Source: Shigella phage JK23
Reading direction: 5' to 3' (one strand)
Sequence record: MK962752
Length of the DNA: 64,000 nucleotides
The translations under genes and the position numbers were made by a program. The notes under the pieces are model-generated. The model saw only the letters and a program-made list of their open reading frames with translations, was not told the origin of the DNA and ran no database searches. Every line of letters begins with the position of its first letter. Within the stretch, counting starts at the first letter, position 1. This document shows, piece after piece, positions 1 through 11,988 of this stretch.

Positions 1-1008
<1,008 letters not shown>

Positions 1009-1036
1009 TATTAAAGCATATTAAAGAGGATTAAAA

Positions 1037-3016
1037 ATGACTTTATTATCTCCGGGCATTGAGCTCAAAGAAACTACGGTTCAAAGCACCGTGGTTAATA
1101 ACTCTACTGGTACAGCAGCTTTGGCCGGTAAATTCCAGTGGGGTCCTGCTTTTCAGATTAAACAGGTTACAAACGAAGTAGATTTAGTTAATACTTTTGG
1201 TCAACCTACAGCTGAAACTGCTGACTATTTTATGTCTGCAATGAATTTCTTACAATATGGAAATGATTTGCGAGTTGTGCGCGCTGTCGATAGAGATACC
1301 GCTAAAAACTCATCTCCGATTGCTGGTAATATTGAATACACAATTTCTACCCCAGGTAGTAACTACGCGGTTGGAGATAAAATCACGGTCAAATATGTTT
1401 CAGAAGATGTTGAAACAGAAGGTAAAATTACCGAAGTAGATGCTGATGGAAAAATTAAGAAAATTAATATTCCTACTGCAAAAATTATTGCTAAAGCTAA
1501 AGAAGTTGGCGAATACCCAACATTAGGTTCTAACTGGACTACAGAAATTTCTTCATCTTCTTCCGGTTTAGCTGCAGTAATAACTCTTGGAAAAATTATT
1601 ACTGATTCCGGTATTTTATTAGCTGAAATCGAGAGCGCTGAAACTGCTATGACAGCAGTTGATTTTCAGGCAAATCTTGAAAAATATGGAATTCCAGGAG
1701 TAGTAGCTCTCTATCCAGGCGAATTAGGCGATAAAATTGAAATTGAAATCGTATCTAAAGCTGACTATGCGAAAGGCGCTTCTGCATTACTGCCAATTTA
1801 TCCAGGTGGTGGTACTCGTGCATCTACTGCCAAGGCAGTATTTGGATATGGGCCGCAGACTGACTCACAGTACGCTATTATAGTTCGTCGAAATGATGCT
1901 ATTGTTCAAAGCGTTGTTCTTTCAACTAAGCGTGGTGAAAAAGATATTTACGATAGTAACATCTATATTGATGACTTTTTCGCAAAAGGTGGTTCAGAAT
2001 ATATTTTCGCAACTGCGCAAAACTGGCCAGAAGGCTTCTCTGGAATTTTAACTCTGTCTGGTGGATTATCATCAAATGCTGAAGTAACAGCAGGAGATTT
2101 GATGGAAGCTTGGGACTTCTTTGCTGACCGCGAATCTGTTGACGTTCAGTTGTTTATTGCGGGTTCTTGTGCCGGTGAATCTCTTGAAACAGCATCTACT
2201 GTCCAAAAACATGTTGTTTCAATTGGTGATGCTCGTCAAGATTGCTTAGTATTGTGCTCACCTCCGCGTGAAACTGTAGTTGGAATTCCTGTAACTCGTG
2301 CAGTAGATAATTTAGTTAACTGGAGAACTGCAGCAGGTTCATACACTGATAATAACTTTAATATCAGTTCAACCTACGCAGCAATTGATGGTAACTACAA
2401 ATATCAGTATGACAAATATAATGATGTGAATCGTTGGGTTCCATTAGCAGCTGATATTGCTGGTTTATGCGCAAGAACTGATAACGTATCTCAGACTTGG
2501 ATGTCTCCAGCTGGTTATAATCGTGGCCAGATTCTTAACGTTATTAAACTTGCTATTGAAACTCGCCAAGCTCAGCGCGACCGTTTATACCAAGAAGCTA
2601 TTAATCCAGTAACTGGTACAGGTGGCGATGGTTACGTATTGTATGGTGATAAAACAGCTACTTCTGTTCCTTCTCCATTTGATCGTATTAACGTTCGTCG
2701 TCTGTTTAATATGTTGAAAACGAATATCGGACGTAGTTCAAAATATCGTTTGTTCGAATTAAACAACGCGTTTACTCGTTCATCATTCCGCACAGAAACT
2801 GCCCAATACTTACAGGGAATTAAAGCTCTCGGTGGAATTTATGAATATCGTGTAGTTTGCGATACAACAAATAACACTCCGTCAGTAATTGATAGAAATG
2901 AGTTTGTTGCAACATTCTACATTCAACCGGCTAGAAGCATTAACTACATTACCTTGAACTTCGTAGCAACTGCTACTGGTGCAGATTTCGATGAGTTAAC
3001 TGGTCTTGCTGGTTAA
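1037..3016 (+). CDS. 18: tail sheath protein gp18
   Basis: 659-aa ORF, ATG 1037 after AGAGGA RBS and late promoter; length and position match T4 gp18. Confidence 0.93.
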   Translation: MTLLSPGIELKETTVQSTVVNNSTGTAALAGKFQWGPAFQIKQVTNEVDLVNTFGQPTAETADYFMSAMNFLQYGNDLRVVRAVDRDTAKNSSPIAGNIEYTISTPGSNYAVGDKITVKYVSEDVETEGKITEVDADGKIKKINIPTAKIIAKAKEVGEYPTLGSNWTTEISSSSSGLAAVITLGKIITDSGILLAEIESAETAMTAVDFQANLEKYGIPGVVALYPGELGDKIEIEIVSKADYAKGASALLPIYPGGGTRASTAKAVFGYGPQTDSQYAIIVRRNDAIVQSVVLSTKRGEKDIYDSNIYIDDFFAKGGSEYIFATAQNWPEGFSGILTLSGGLSSNAEVTAGDLMEAWDFFADRESVDVQLFIAGSCAGESLETASTVQKHVVSIGDARQDCLVLCSPPRETVVGIPVTRAVDNLVNWRTAAGSYTDNNFNISSTYAAIDGNYKYQYDKYNDVNRWVPLAADIAGLCARTDNVSQTWMSPAGYNRGQILNVIKLAIETRQAQRDRLYQEAINPVTGTGGDGYVLYGDKTATSVPSPFDRINVRRLFNMLKTNIGRSSKYRLFELNNAFTRSSFRTETAQYLQGIKALGGIYEYRVVCDTTNNTPSVIDRNEFVATFYIQPARSINYITLNFVATATGADFDELTGLAG

Positions 3017-3032
3017 TACGGTGCATTCTAAA

Positions 3033-3050
3033 GGCCTGTTTCGGCAGGCC
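3033..3050 (+). terminator. hairpin after gene 18
   Basis: GGCCTG...CAGGCC inverted repeat. Confidence 0.5.
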
Positions 3051-3051
3051 A

Positions 3052-3059
3052 TATAAATA
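3052..3059 (+). promoter_or_regulatory. late promoter TATAAATA (gene 19, distal)
   Basis: Exact motif just after the gene 18 terminator hairpin. Confidence 0.6.
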
Positions 3060-3110
3060 CACTATATCCTTAATTCTTTAATTCTATATGCCCTAGGTTA
3101 AACATAGGGA

Positions 3111-3118
3111 TATAAATA
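3111..3118 (+). promoter_or_regulatory. late promoter TATAAATA (gene 19, proximal)
   Basis: Exact motif 15 bp upstream of ATG. Confidence 0.65.
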
Positions 3119-3132
3119 CTACAGAGGCTAAT

Positions 3133-3624
3133 ATGTTTGTAGATGATGTAACACGAGCGTTTGAATCTGGTGATTTTGCTCGACCTAACTTATTCCAAGT
3201 AGAAATTTCTTATCTTGGACAAAATTTTACATTCCAATGTAAAGCCACTGCTTTACCAGCTGGTATTGTAGAAAAAATTCCAGTCGGATTTATGAACCGT
3301 AAAATTAACGTAGCAGGCGATCGTACATTCGATGACTGGACTGTTACAGTAATGAACGATGAAGCTCATGATGCTCGCCAGAAGTTTGTTGATTGGCAAA
3401 GCATTGCTGCTGGTCAAGGAAACGAAATTACTGGTGGAAAACCTGCAGAGTATAAAAAGAGCGCTATTGTTCGTCAATATGCTCGTGATGCTAAAACAGT
3501 AACAAAAGAAATTGAAATTAAAGGTCTGTGGCCTACTAACGTGGGTGAACTTCAATTAGATTGGGATTCAAACAATGAAATCCAAACCTTTGAAGTAACT
3601 CTTGCTCTCGATTATTGGGAATAA
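3133..3624 (+). CDS. 19: tail tube protein gp19
   Basis: 163-aa ORF after two TATAAATA late promoters; length/position match T4 gp19. Confidence 0.93.
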   Translation: MFVDDVTRAFESGDFARPNLFQVEISYLGQNFTFQCKATALPAGIVEKIPVGFMNRKINVAGDRTFDDWTVTVMNDEAHDARQKFVDWQSIAAGQGNEITGGKPAEYKKSAIVRQYARDAKTVTKEIEIKGLWPTNVGELQLDWDSNNEIQTFEVTLALDYWE

Positions 3625-3656
3625 AATGAATGGGGAGAAATCCCCATCCTGCTTAA

Positions 3657-5281
<1,625 letters not shown>

Positions 5282-5282
<1 letters not shown>

Positions 5283-5521
5283 TGGAAGGTTTAATTGAAG
5301 CTATTAAATCAAACGACCTCGTAGCCGCTCGTAAATTATTTGCTGAAGCCATGGCTGCAAGAACGACTGATTTAATTAAAGAAGAAAAAATCGCTATCGC
5401 TCGTAATTTCTTAATCGAAGGTGAAGAACCTGATGACGAGGATGATGACGAAGACGAAGATAGTGATGATAAAGACGACAAAAAAGACAAAGACTCTGAC
5501 GAAGACGAGGATGATGAATAA
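5282..5521 (+). CDS. 67: prohead core protein gp67 (acidic C-terminus)
   Basis: 79-aa ORF with Asp/Glu-rich tail; ATGA overlap with gene 20 stop; position as T4 gene 67. Confidence 0.85.
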
Positions 5522-5946
5522 TGCTTCTGATCCCTGAAACTCATGAATTAGTTCTCGAGAATGTCGAAGCACTTATTCCTGAAGCACAGGGTCGCTTTGA
5601 CGAATTGTCTTCTGCTTTAAATAAAGACGATATAAATACAATTGTCGAGAATATGCTTGATGATGAAACTGATTTAGCGGTTGCATTAGCTTCTATTAAT
5701 GAAAATATGCCGTTAAATGAATTTATCGTTAAACATGTTTCTGCCCGTGGTGAAATTACTCGCACTAAAGATCGCAAAACCCGCGAACGTAATGCATTTC
5801 AAACTACCGGGTTGTCTAAAGCAAAACGTAGACAAATTGCTCGTAAAGCTACCAAAACGAAGATTGCCAATCCAGCAGGTCAATCTCGTGCTCAGCGTAA
5901 GCGTAAAAAAGCTCTTAAACGCCGTAAAGCATTAGGATTAAGCTAA
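5521..5946 (+). CDS. 68: prohead core protein gp68
   Basis: 141-aa ORF with basic C-terminus; position between 67 and 21. Confidence 0.85.
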
Positions 5947-6584
5947 TGAATGAACCCCAATTACTAATTGAAACTTGGGGTCAACCTGGCGAAATTATTG
6001 ATGGCGTACCAATGCTTGAATCTCATGATGGAAAAGACTTAGGTTTAAAACCGGGTTTATACATCGAAGGAATATTCATGCAAGCGGAAGTCGTCAATAG
6101 AAATAAACGTCTTTATCCAAAACGTATATTAGAAAAAGCGGTAAAAGACTATATTAATGAGCAAGTTTTAACTAAACAAGCTCTCGGAGAATTAAATCAT
6201 CCTCCACGCGCTAATGTTGACCCGATGCAAGCCGCTATCATTATAGAAGATATGTGGTGGAAAGGAAATGACGTATACGGACGAGCTCGTGTTATTGAAG
6301 GTGACCACGGTCCTGGAGATAAATTAGCAGCTAATATTCGTGCCGGATGGATTCCAGGAGTTTCTTCTCGTGGATTAGGTTCATTGACTGACACAAATAA
6401 AGGTTATCGTATCGTAAACGAAGGATTCAAATTAACTGTAGGTGTTGATGCAGTATGGGGTCCAAGTGCTCCAGATGCATGGGTAACTCCTAAGGAAATT
6501 ACCGAATCACAGACGGCGGAAGCCGATACAAGTGCCGATGACGCCTATATGGCTCTCGCAGAGGCCATGAAAAAAGCGTTATAA
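5946..6584 (+). CDS. 21: prohead core scaffold/protease gp21
   Basis: 212-aa ORF, size and position match T4 gp21. Confidence 0.9.
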   Translation: MNEPQLLIETWGQPGEIIDGVPMLESHDGKDLGLKPGLYIEGIFMQAEVVNRNKRLYPKRILEKAVKDYINEQVLTKQALGELNHPPRANVDPMQAAIIIEDMWWKGNDVYGRARVIEGDHGPGDKLAANIRAGWIPGVSSRGLGSLTDTNKGYRIVNEGFKLTVGVDAVWGPSAPDAWVTPKEITESQTAEADTSADDAYMALAEAMKKAL

Positions 6585-6587
6585 ATA
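6580..6587 (+). promoter_or_regulatory. late promoter TATAAATA (gene 22)
   Basis: Exact motif overlapping gene 21 stop. Confidence 0.7.
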
Positions 6588-6614
6588 TTATTATCTAAAC
6601 AACAGGACTACAAA

Positions 6615-7424
6615 ATGCTTAAAGAACAACTGATTGCCGAAGCGCAGAAAATTGATGCTTCCGTTGCTCTTGATAGTATTTTCGAATCAGTTAATATTTC
6701 TCCGGAAGCAAAAGAAACTTTCGGCACTGTATTCGAAGCTACCGTCAAGCAGCACGCCGTTAAATTAGCTGAATCTCATATCGCTAAAATTGCTGAAAAA
6801 GCAGAAGAAGAAGTAGAAAAAAATAAAGAAGAAGCAGAAGAAAAAGCTGAGAAGAAAATCGCTGAGCAAGCTTCTAAATTCCTTGACCATCTTGCAAAAG
6901 AATGGCTCACTGAAAATAAATTAGCAGTAGATAAAGGTATCAAAGCCGAACTGTTTGAATCCATGCTTGGTGGATTGAAAGAGCTCTTCGTTGAACACAA
7001 CGTTGTTGTTCCAGAAGAATCAGTTGATGTTGTAGCTGAAATGGAAGAAGAACTGCAAGAACATAAAGAAGAATCAGCTCGTCTGTTCGAAGAACTCAAT
7101 AAGCGTGACGCATATATCAATTATGTGCAGCGTGAAGTGGCATTGAGCGAAAGTACTAAAGATCTGACTGAGTCTCAAAAAGAAAAAGTCTCTGCTCTGG
7201 TCGAAGGTATGGATTATTCAGATGCATTCTCAAGTAAATTGAGTGCAATCGTAGAAATGGTGAAGAAATCTAATAAAGATGAAAGCACTATTACTGAGAG
7301 TATAAATACTCCTGATACTGAAGCAGCCGGACTGAATTTCGTCACTGAAGCTGTAGAAGATAAATCTGCACAAGGTGCAGAAGATATTGTAAGTGTATAT
7401 GCGAAAGTCGCATCTCGTTTCTAA
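6615..7424 (+). CDS. 22: prohead core scaffold protein gp22
   Basis: 269-aa coiled-coil, Glu/Lys-rich ORF after TATAAATA; matches T4 gp22. Confidence 0.9.
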   Translation: MLKEQLIAEAQKIDASVALDSIFESVNISPEAKETFGTVFEATVKQHAVKLAESHIAKIAEKAEEEVEKNKEEAEEKAEKKIAEQASKFLDHLAKEWLTENKLAVDKGIKAELFESMLGGLKELFVEHNVVVPEESVDVVAEMEEELQEHKEESARLFEELNKRDAYINYVQREVALSESTKDLTESQKEKVSALVEGMDYSDAFSSKLSAIVEMVKKSNKDESTITESINTPDTEAAGLNFVTEAVEDKSAQGAEDIVSVYAKVASRF

Positions 7425-7442
7425 TTTTAAAGGTTAACACAA

Positions 7443-9008
7443 ATGACTATCAAAACTAAAGCTGAACTTTTGAACAAATGGAAGCCATTACTGGAAGGTG
7501 AAGGTTTACCGGAAATTGCTAATAGCAAACAAGCGATTATCGCTAAAATCTTTGAAAACCAGGAAAAAGATTTCCAGACAGCTCCGGAATATAAAGACGA
7601 AAAAATTGCTCAGGCATTCGGTTCTTTCTTAACAGAAGCTGAAATCGGTGGTGACCACGGTTACAATGCTACCAACATCGCCGCAGGTCAGACTTCTGGC
7701 GCAGTAACTCAGATTGGCCCAGCTGTTATGGGTATGGTACGTCGTGCTATTCCTAACCTGATTGCTTTCGATATTTGTGGTGTTCAGCCAATGAACAGCC
7801 CGACTGGCCAGGTATTCGCACTGCGTGCAGTATATGGTAAAGACCCAATCGCTGCTGATGCTAAAGAAGCATTCCACCCAATGTATGGTCCAGATGCAAT
7901 GTTCTCTGGTCAGGGTGCTGCTAAGAAATTCGCTGCTTTGAAAGCAAGTGATACTCTTGAAGTCGGAACTATTTACACTCACTTCTTCCAGGAAACTGGT
8001 ACAGTATATCTGCAAGCTACAGCAGCTAAACAAATTGATTCAGGCGCATCTGACGCAGACAAATTAGATGCTGAAATTAAGAAACAAATGGAAGCTGGTG
8101 TACTGGTAGAAATCGCTGAAGGTATGGCTACTTCTATCGCTGAACTTCAGGAAGGTTTCAACGGTTCTACCGATAACCCATGGAATGAAATGGGCTTCCG
8201 TATCGATAAACAAGTTATCGAAGCTAAATCTCGTCAGCTGAAAGCTGCTTACTCTATTGAATTAGCACAAGACCTTCGCGCTGTTCACGGTATGGATGCT
8301 GATGCTGAACTGTCTGGTATTCTGGCTACCGAAATTATGCTGGAAATCAACCGCGAAGTTGTTGATTGGATTAACTACTCCGCTCAGGTTGGTAAATCTG
8401 GTATGACCCTGACTCCGGGTTCTAAAGCTGGTGTATTTGACTTCCAGGACCCAATCGATATTCGTGGTGCTCGCTGGGCAGGTGAATCCTTTAAAGCTCT
8501 GTTGTTCCAGATTGACAAAGAAGCAGTTGAAATTGCTCGTCAGACTGGTCGCGGCGAAGGTAACTTCATTATCGCTTCCCGTAACGTAGTTAACGTTCTG
8601 GCTTCAGTTGATACCGGCATTTCTTATGCTGCACAAGGTCTGGCTACTGGCTTTAACACTGATACTACCAAGTCAGTATTTGCTGGTGTTCTGGGTGGTA
8701 AATACCGTGTATATATCGACCAGTATGCTAAACAGGATTATTTCACCGTAGGTTATAAAGGTCCGAACGAAATGGATGCTGGTATTTACTATGCTCCATA
8801 TGTAGCTCTGACTCCGCTGCGTGGTTCTGATCCGAAGAACTTCCAACCGGTAATGGGATTCAAAACTCGTTACGGTATCGGTATCAACCCATTTGCAGAA
8901 TCCGCTGCTCAGGCTCCGGCTTCTCGCATCCAGAGCGGTATGCCTTCTATTCTGAATAGCCTTGGTAAAAACGCTTACTTCCGCCGTGTATATGTTAAAG
9001 GTATCTAA
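7443..9008 (+). CDS. 23: major capsid protein gp23
   Basis: 521-aa ORF, size/position match T4 gp23; followed by strong hairpin terminator. Confidence 0.95.
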   Translation: MTIKTKAELLNKWKPLLEGEGLPEIANSKQAIIAKIFENQEKDFQTAPEYKDEKIAQAFGSFLTEAEIGGDHGYNATNIAAGQTSGAVTQIGPAVMGMVRRAIPNLIAFDICGVQPMNSPTGQVFALRAVYGKDPIAADAKEAFHPMYGPDAMFSGQGAAKKFAALKASDTLEVGTIYTHFFQETGTVYLQATAAKQIDSGASDADKLDAEIKKQMEAGVLVEIAEGMATSIAELQEGFNGSTDNPWNEMGFRIDKQVIEAKSRQLKAAYSIELAQDLRAVHGMDADAELSGILATEIMLEINREVVDWINYSAQVGKSGMTLTPGSKAGVFDFQDPIDIRGARWAGESFKALLFQIDKEAVEIARQTGRGEGNFIIASRNVVNVLASVDTGISYAAQGLATGFNTDTTKSVFAGVLGGKYRVYIDQYAKQDYFTVGYKGPNEMDAGIYYAPYVALTPLRGSDPKNFQPVMGFKTRYGIGINPFAESAAQAPASRIQSGMPSILNSLGKNAYFRRVYVKGI

Positions 9009-9022
9009 TCTTTGACGATTTA

Positions 9023-9040
9023 AGGGACCTTCGGGTCCCT
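9023..9040 (+). terminator. hairpin terminator after gene 23
   Basis: AGGGACC-TTCG-GGTCCCT followed by T-rich tract. Confidence 0.7.
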
Positions 9041-9056
9041 TTAGTTGTTTTTATGG

Positions 9057-9064
9057 TATAAATA
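9057..9064 (+). promoter_or_regulatory. late promoter TATAAATA (gene 24)
   Basis: Exact motif between gene 23 terminator and gene 24. Confidence 0.7.
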
Positions 9065-9091
9065 AATCATATAAACTGAAAGGAAAGCGCA

Positions 9092-10375
9092 ATGGCTAAA
9101 ATCAACGAACTTCTGCGCGAATCAACCACAACGAATAGCAACTCAATCGGTCGCCCAAATCTCGTTGCTTTGACTCGCGCTACCACTAAATTAATATATT
9201 CTGACATTGTAGCAACGCAAAGAACTAATCAACCTGTTGCTGCTTTTTATGGTATCAAATACCTTAACCCGGATAACGAATTTACATTTAAAACTGGTGC
9301 TACTTACGCCGGCGAAGCTGGATATGTAGACCGAGAACAAATCACAGAATTAACAGAAGAGTCTAAATTAACTCTCAATAAGGGCGATTTATTCAAATAT
9401 AATAATATCGTTTATAAAGTATTAGAAGATACACCATTTGCTGATATTGAAGAAAGCGATTTAGAATTAGCTCTTCAGATTGCAATTGTTCTTTTAAAGG
9501 TTCGTCTATTTTCTGACGCAGCGTCAACAAGCAAATTTGAAAGCTCTGATAGTGAAATTGCGGATGCTAGATTCCAGATTAATAAATGGCAAACCGCAGT
9601 TAAATCTCGTAAACTTAAAACTGGTATCACAGTTGAATTAGCACAAGATTTAGAAGCAAATGGATTCGATGCTCCTAATTTCTTGGAAGATTTGCTTGCA
9701 ACTGAAATGGCAGATGAAATCAATAAAGATATTCTGCAGTCTTTGATTACAGTGTCAAAACGCTATAAAGTTACAGGAATTACTGATACTGGATTCATCG
9801 ATTTGAGTTATGCATCTGCACCTGAAGCTGGTCGTTCATTATACCGAATGGTATGTGAAATGGTTTCGCATATCCAAAAAGAATCAACTTATACAGCAAC
9901 GTTCTGTGTTGCTTCAGCTCGTGCTGCTGCGATTCTTGCTGCATCAGGTTGGTTAAAACATAAACCAGAAGATGATAAATATCTTTCACAAAATGCCTAT
10001 GGGTTCTTAGCTAATGGTTTACCGCTTTATTGCGATACTAACAGCCCATTAGATTATGTAATCGTTGGTGTAGTAGAAAATATCGGTGAAAAAGAAATTG
10101 TTGGATCAATTTTCTATGCTCCGTATACAGAAGGTCTTGACTTAGATGACCCTGAACATGTAGGTGCATTTAAAGTTGTAGTTGACCCAGAAAGTTTGCA
10201 GCCATCTATCGGTTTATTAGTTAGATATGCTTTATCAGCAAATCCTTACACTGTAGCAAAAGATGAAAAAGAAGCAAGAATAATTGATGGTGGAGACATG
10301 GATAAAATGGCGGGTCGTTCAGATTTGTCTGTTTTATTAGGTGTTAAGCTACCAAAAATTATCGTTGATGAATAA
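9092..10375 (+). CDS. 24: capsid vertex protein gp24
   Basis: 427-aa ORF after TATAAATA; matches T4 gp24; no segD-like gene between 23 and 24. Confidence 0.92.
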   Translation: MAKINELLRESTTTNSNSIGRPNLVALTRATTKLIYSDIVATQRTNQPVAAFYGIKYLNPDNEFTFKTGATYAGEAGYVDREQITELTEESKLTLNKGDLFKYNNIVYKVLEDTPFADIEESDLELALQIAIVLLKVRLFSDAASTSKFESSDSEIADARFQINKWQTAVKSRKLKTGITVELAQDLEANGFDAPNFLEDLLATEMADEINKDILQSLITVSKRYKVTGITDTGFIDLSYASAPEAGRSLYRMVCEMVSHIQKESTYTATFCVASARAAAILAASGWLKHKPEDDKYLSQNAYGFLANGLPLYCDTNSPLDYVIVGVVENIGEKEIVGSIFYAPYTEGLDLDDPEHVGAFKVVVDPESLQPSIGLLVRYALSANPYTVAKDEKEARIIDGGDMDKMAGRSDLSVLLGVKLPKIIVDE

Positions 10376-10380
10376 AACAA

Positions 10381-10398
10381 AGGGACCTTTCGGTCCCT
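10381..10398. terminator. bidirectional hairpin between convergent genes 24 and rnlB
   Basis: AGGGACC-TTTC-GGTCCCT followed by TTTTATTT. Confidence 0.7.
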
Positions 10399-10404
10399 TT
10401 TTAT

Positions 10405-11409
10405 TTAACTTACCAATTCAATCCAAGCCGGACGAAGTACATCTTGTACCATTTTAACTAATTCCTTTTTAACCAAAGAAGGATTATCTGCTTGAGTTAG
10501 AGTAATACCTTCACGAGAAGTTTCTTCCAAAATATCTTGAACAGTTAGTCCCATCACCTTTCCAAAATCCTTCGTACCAATTTCACCAATTTTAGAAATA
10601 ACGTTATTTACTCGGTTCAGTGTAACGTAGCAAGCTAAAATTCCCACCAATTTGTTATCAGCTTCTGATAGTTCAACTTTAGCTTTAATAGGCTTATCAG
10701 ACTTTTTCTTTTCACTAAATTTGGAATTCTTGCATTTGATGGCTACACGATTTCCATTATGAAGCCAAGAAGGATAACAAGGTTTCAATACATATCCTTC
10801 AGCGGTAAATACTTCGCCTTTGGCTTCAGCTTTCCAAACACATTTGTTAGCGTCAACTAATCCAGCATGGTCTACTGTAAAATTATAATCTTGGACGACA
10901 GAATCTAAATCATTTGGCAATTTAATAAGTTCTTCAAATTTACCACGACCTAAAAGTGGAGCCATTTTAAATTTAAATGTATTACAAAATGATTCCATCA
11001 TATAATCATCGACATAAGTCACATCACCACTTTCTGTAGTGACAATAATGTCAAATACATAAAAATCTTTATCGCCATAATCGACATTCTTCTGAATGCC
11101 AGGTCCAGCGAATTCGCCAAAGACTTGATAAGATACAACCGCTGAGGTTTCCATAATATCTTGTACTGCTTTAATAGAATCTTCGTAATTCTTTAGAATA
11201 ATTTCATACCCAAAGAAATCTTCAGCAGGAAGAATCGGTCCAGTACGTTTAGCGCAAGTTACTTTATCACGCTCAATAATCAATGAGAAATTTGTGCCGT
11301 GAATCTTTTCACGAGCTACCCACTCCCCACCAGTCAATCCCAAGCTATAAAGTTTTTCAATAAATTTAGAGTTGTAATGATTTTCAAGACTGCTATACTT
11401 TTTAAACAT
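10405..11409 (-). CDS. rnlB: RNA ligase 2 (Rnl2)
   Basis: 334-aa ORF beginning [16 protein letters not shown], with Lys-containing nucleotidyltransferase motif (REKIHGTN); matches T4 Rnl2 size. Confidence 0.9.
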   Translation of the reverse strand: MFKKYSSLENHYNSKFIEKLYSLGLTGGEWVAREKIHGTNFSLIIERDKVTCAKRTGPILPAEDFFGYEIILKNYEDSIKAVQDIMETSAVVSYQVFGEFAGPGIQKNVDYGDKDFYVFDIIVTTESGDVTYVDDYMMESFCNTFKFKMAPLLGRGKFEELIKLPNDLDSVVQDYNFTVDHAGLVDANKCVWKAEAKGEVFTAEGYVLKPCYPSWLHNGNRVAIKCKNSKFSEKKKSDKPIKAKVELSEADNKLVGILACYVTLNRVNNVISKIGEIGTKDFGKVMGLTVQDILEETSREGITLTQADNPSLVKKELVKMVQDVLRPAWIELVS

Positions 11410-11418
11410 AATTAATCC

Positions 11419-11697
11419 TCAAAATGTAATTTCTAACCAATCACCATCACGCTGATCACTATTGACTTTAAAGCTGAATCCTTCTTTTCTCAGCCAATCA
11501 CCAATTTCTTCAGTAATCAATTTATCACGAGCAATACAATAATAACTAAAATGTGTTTTACCTTGTTCAGCTGCTTTATTAGCAAGTTCCGAAAAATCTT
11601 TAATAAAACACTCTAGCTTAAACTGTTTACTTTTAAGTGCTTTTTCGCGCAATTGATTAGCAAAAGATTCATTTTCATAAAGATCATACTGTTCCAT
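11419..11697 (-). CDS. 24.2: hypothetical protein 24.2
   Basis: 92-aa ORF with ATG start; position as T4 24.2. Confidence 0.6.
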   Translation of the reverse strand: MEQYDLYENESFANQLREKALKSKQFKLECFIKDFSELANKAAEQGKTHFSYYCIARDKLITEEIGDWLRKEGFSFKVNSDQRDGDWLEITF

Positions 11698-11899
11698 TTT
11701 TCACCTTTTTATTGATATGTCTTTTTCTATAGACGACTTTTTCTCGAGTTTCAAATTTATTTTTAGCAGTCATAGCTCGAGCCCATAATACAGCCACTTC
11801 TTTTGCCTGTAAGTTTAATTCACGAGCAATTTCAATGAATGACTTTCCAGACTCATGAAGAGTAAACACCACAACCTCAGTTCTCATAATCAATCTCAT
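11684..11899 (-). CDS. 24.3: hypothetical small protein 24.3, possible HTH
   Basis: 71-aa ORF; segment SFIEIARELNLQAKEVAVLW resembles a helix-turn-helix. Confidence 0.55.
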   Translation of the reverse strand: MRLIMRTEVVVFTLHESGKSFIEIARELNLQAKEVAVLWARAMTAKNKFETREKVVYRKRHINKKVKNGTV

Positions 11900-11966
11900 G
11901 TTATCGAGTTGGTGCCATTATATACATCATTTTCTGATTGTGTTTTGTGTGCTTTCAAAATGAAGA

Positions 11967-11984
11967 AAGGGGCCGAAGCCCCTT
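11967..11984 (-). terminator. hairpin after hoc
   Basis: AGGGGC-CGAA-GCCCCT. Confidence 0.6.
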
Positions 11985-11988
11985 ATGA

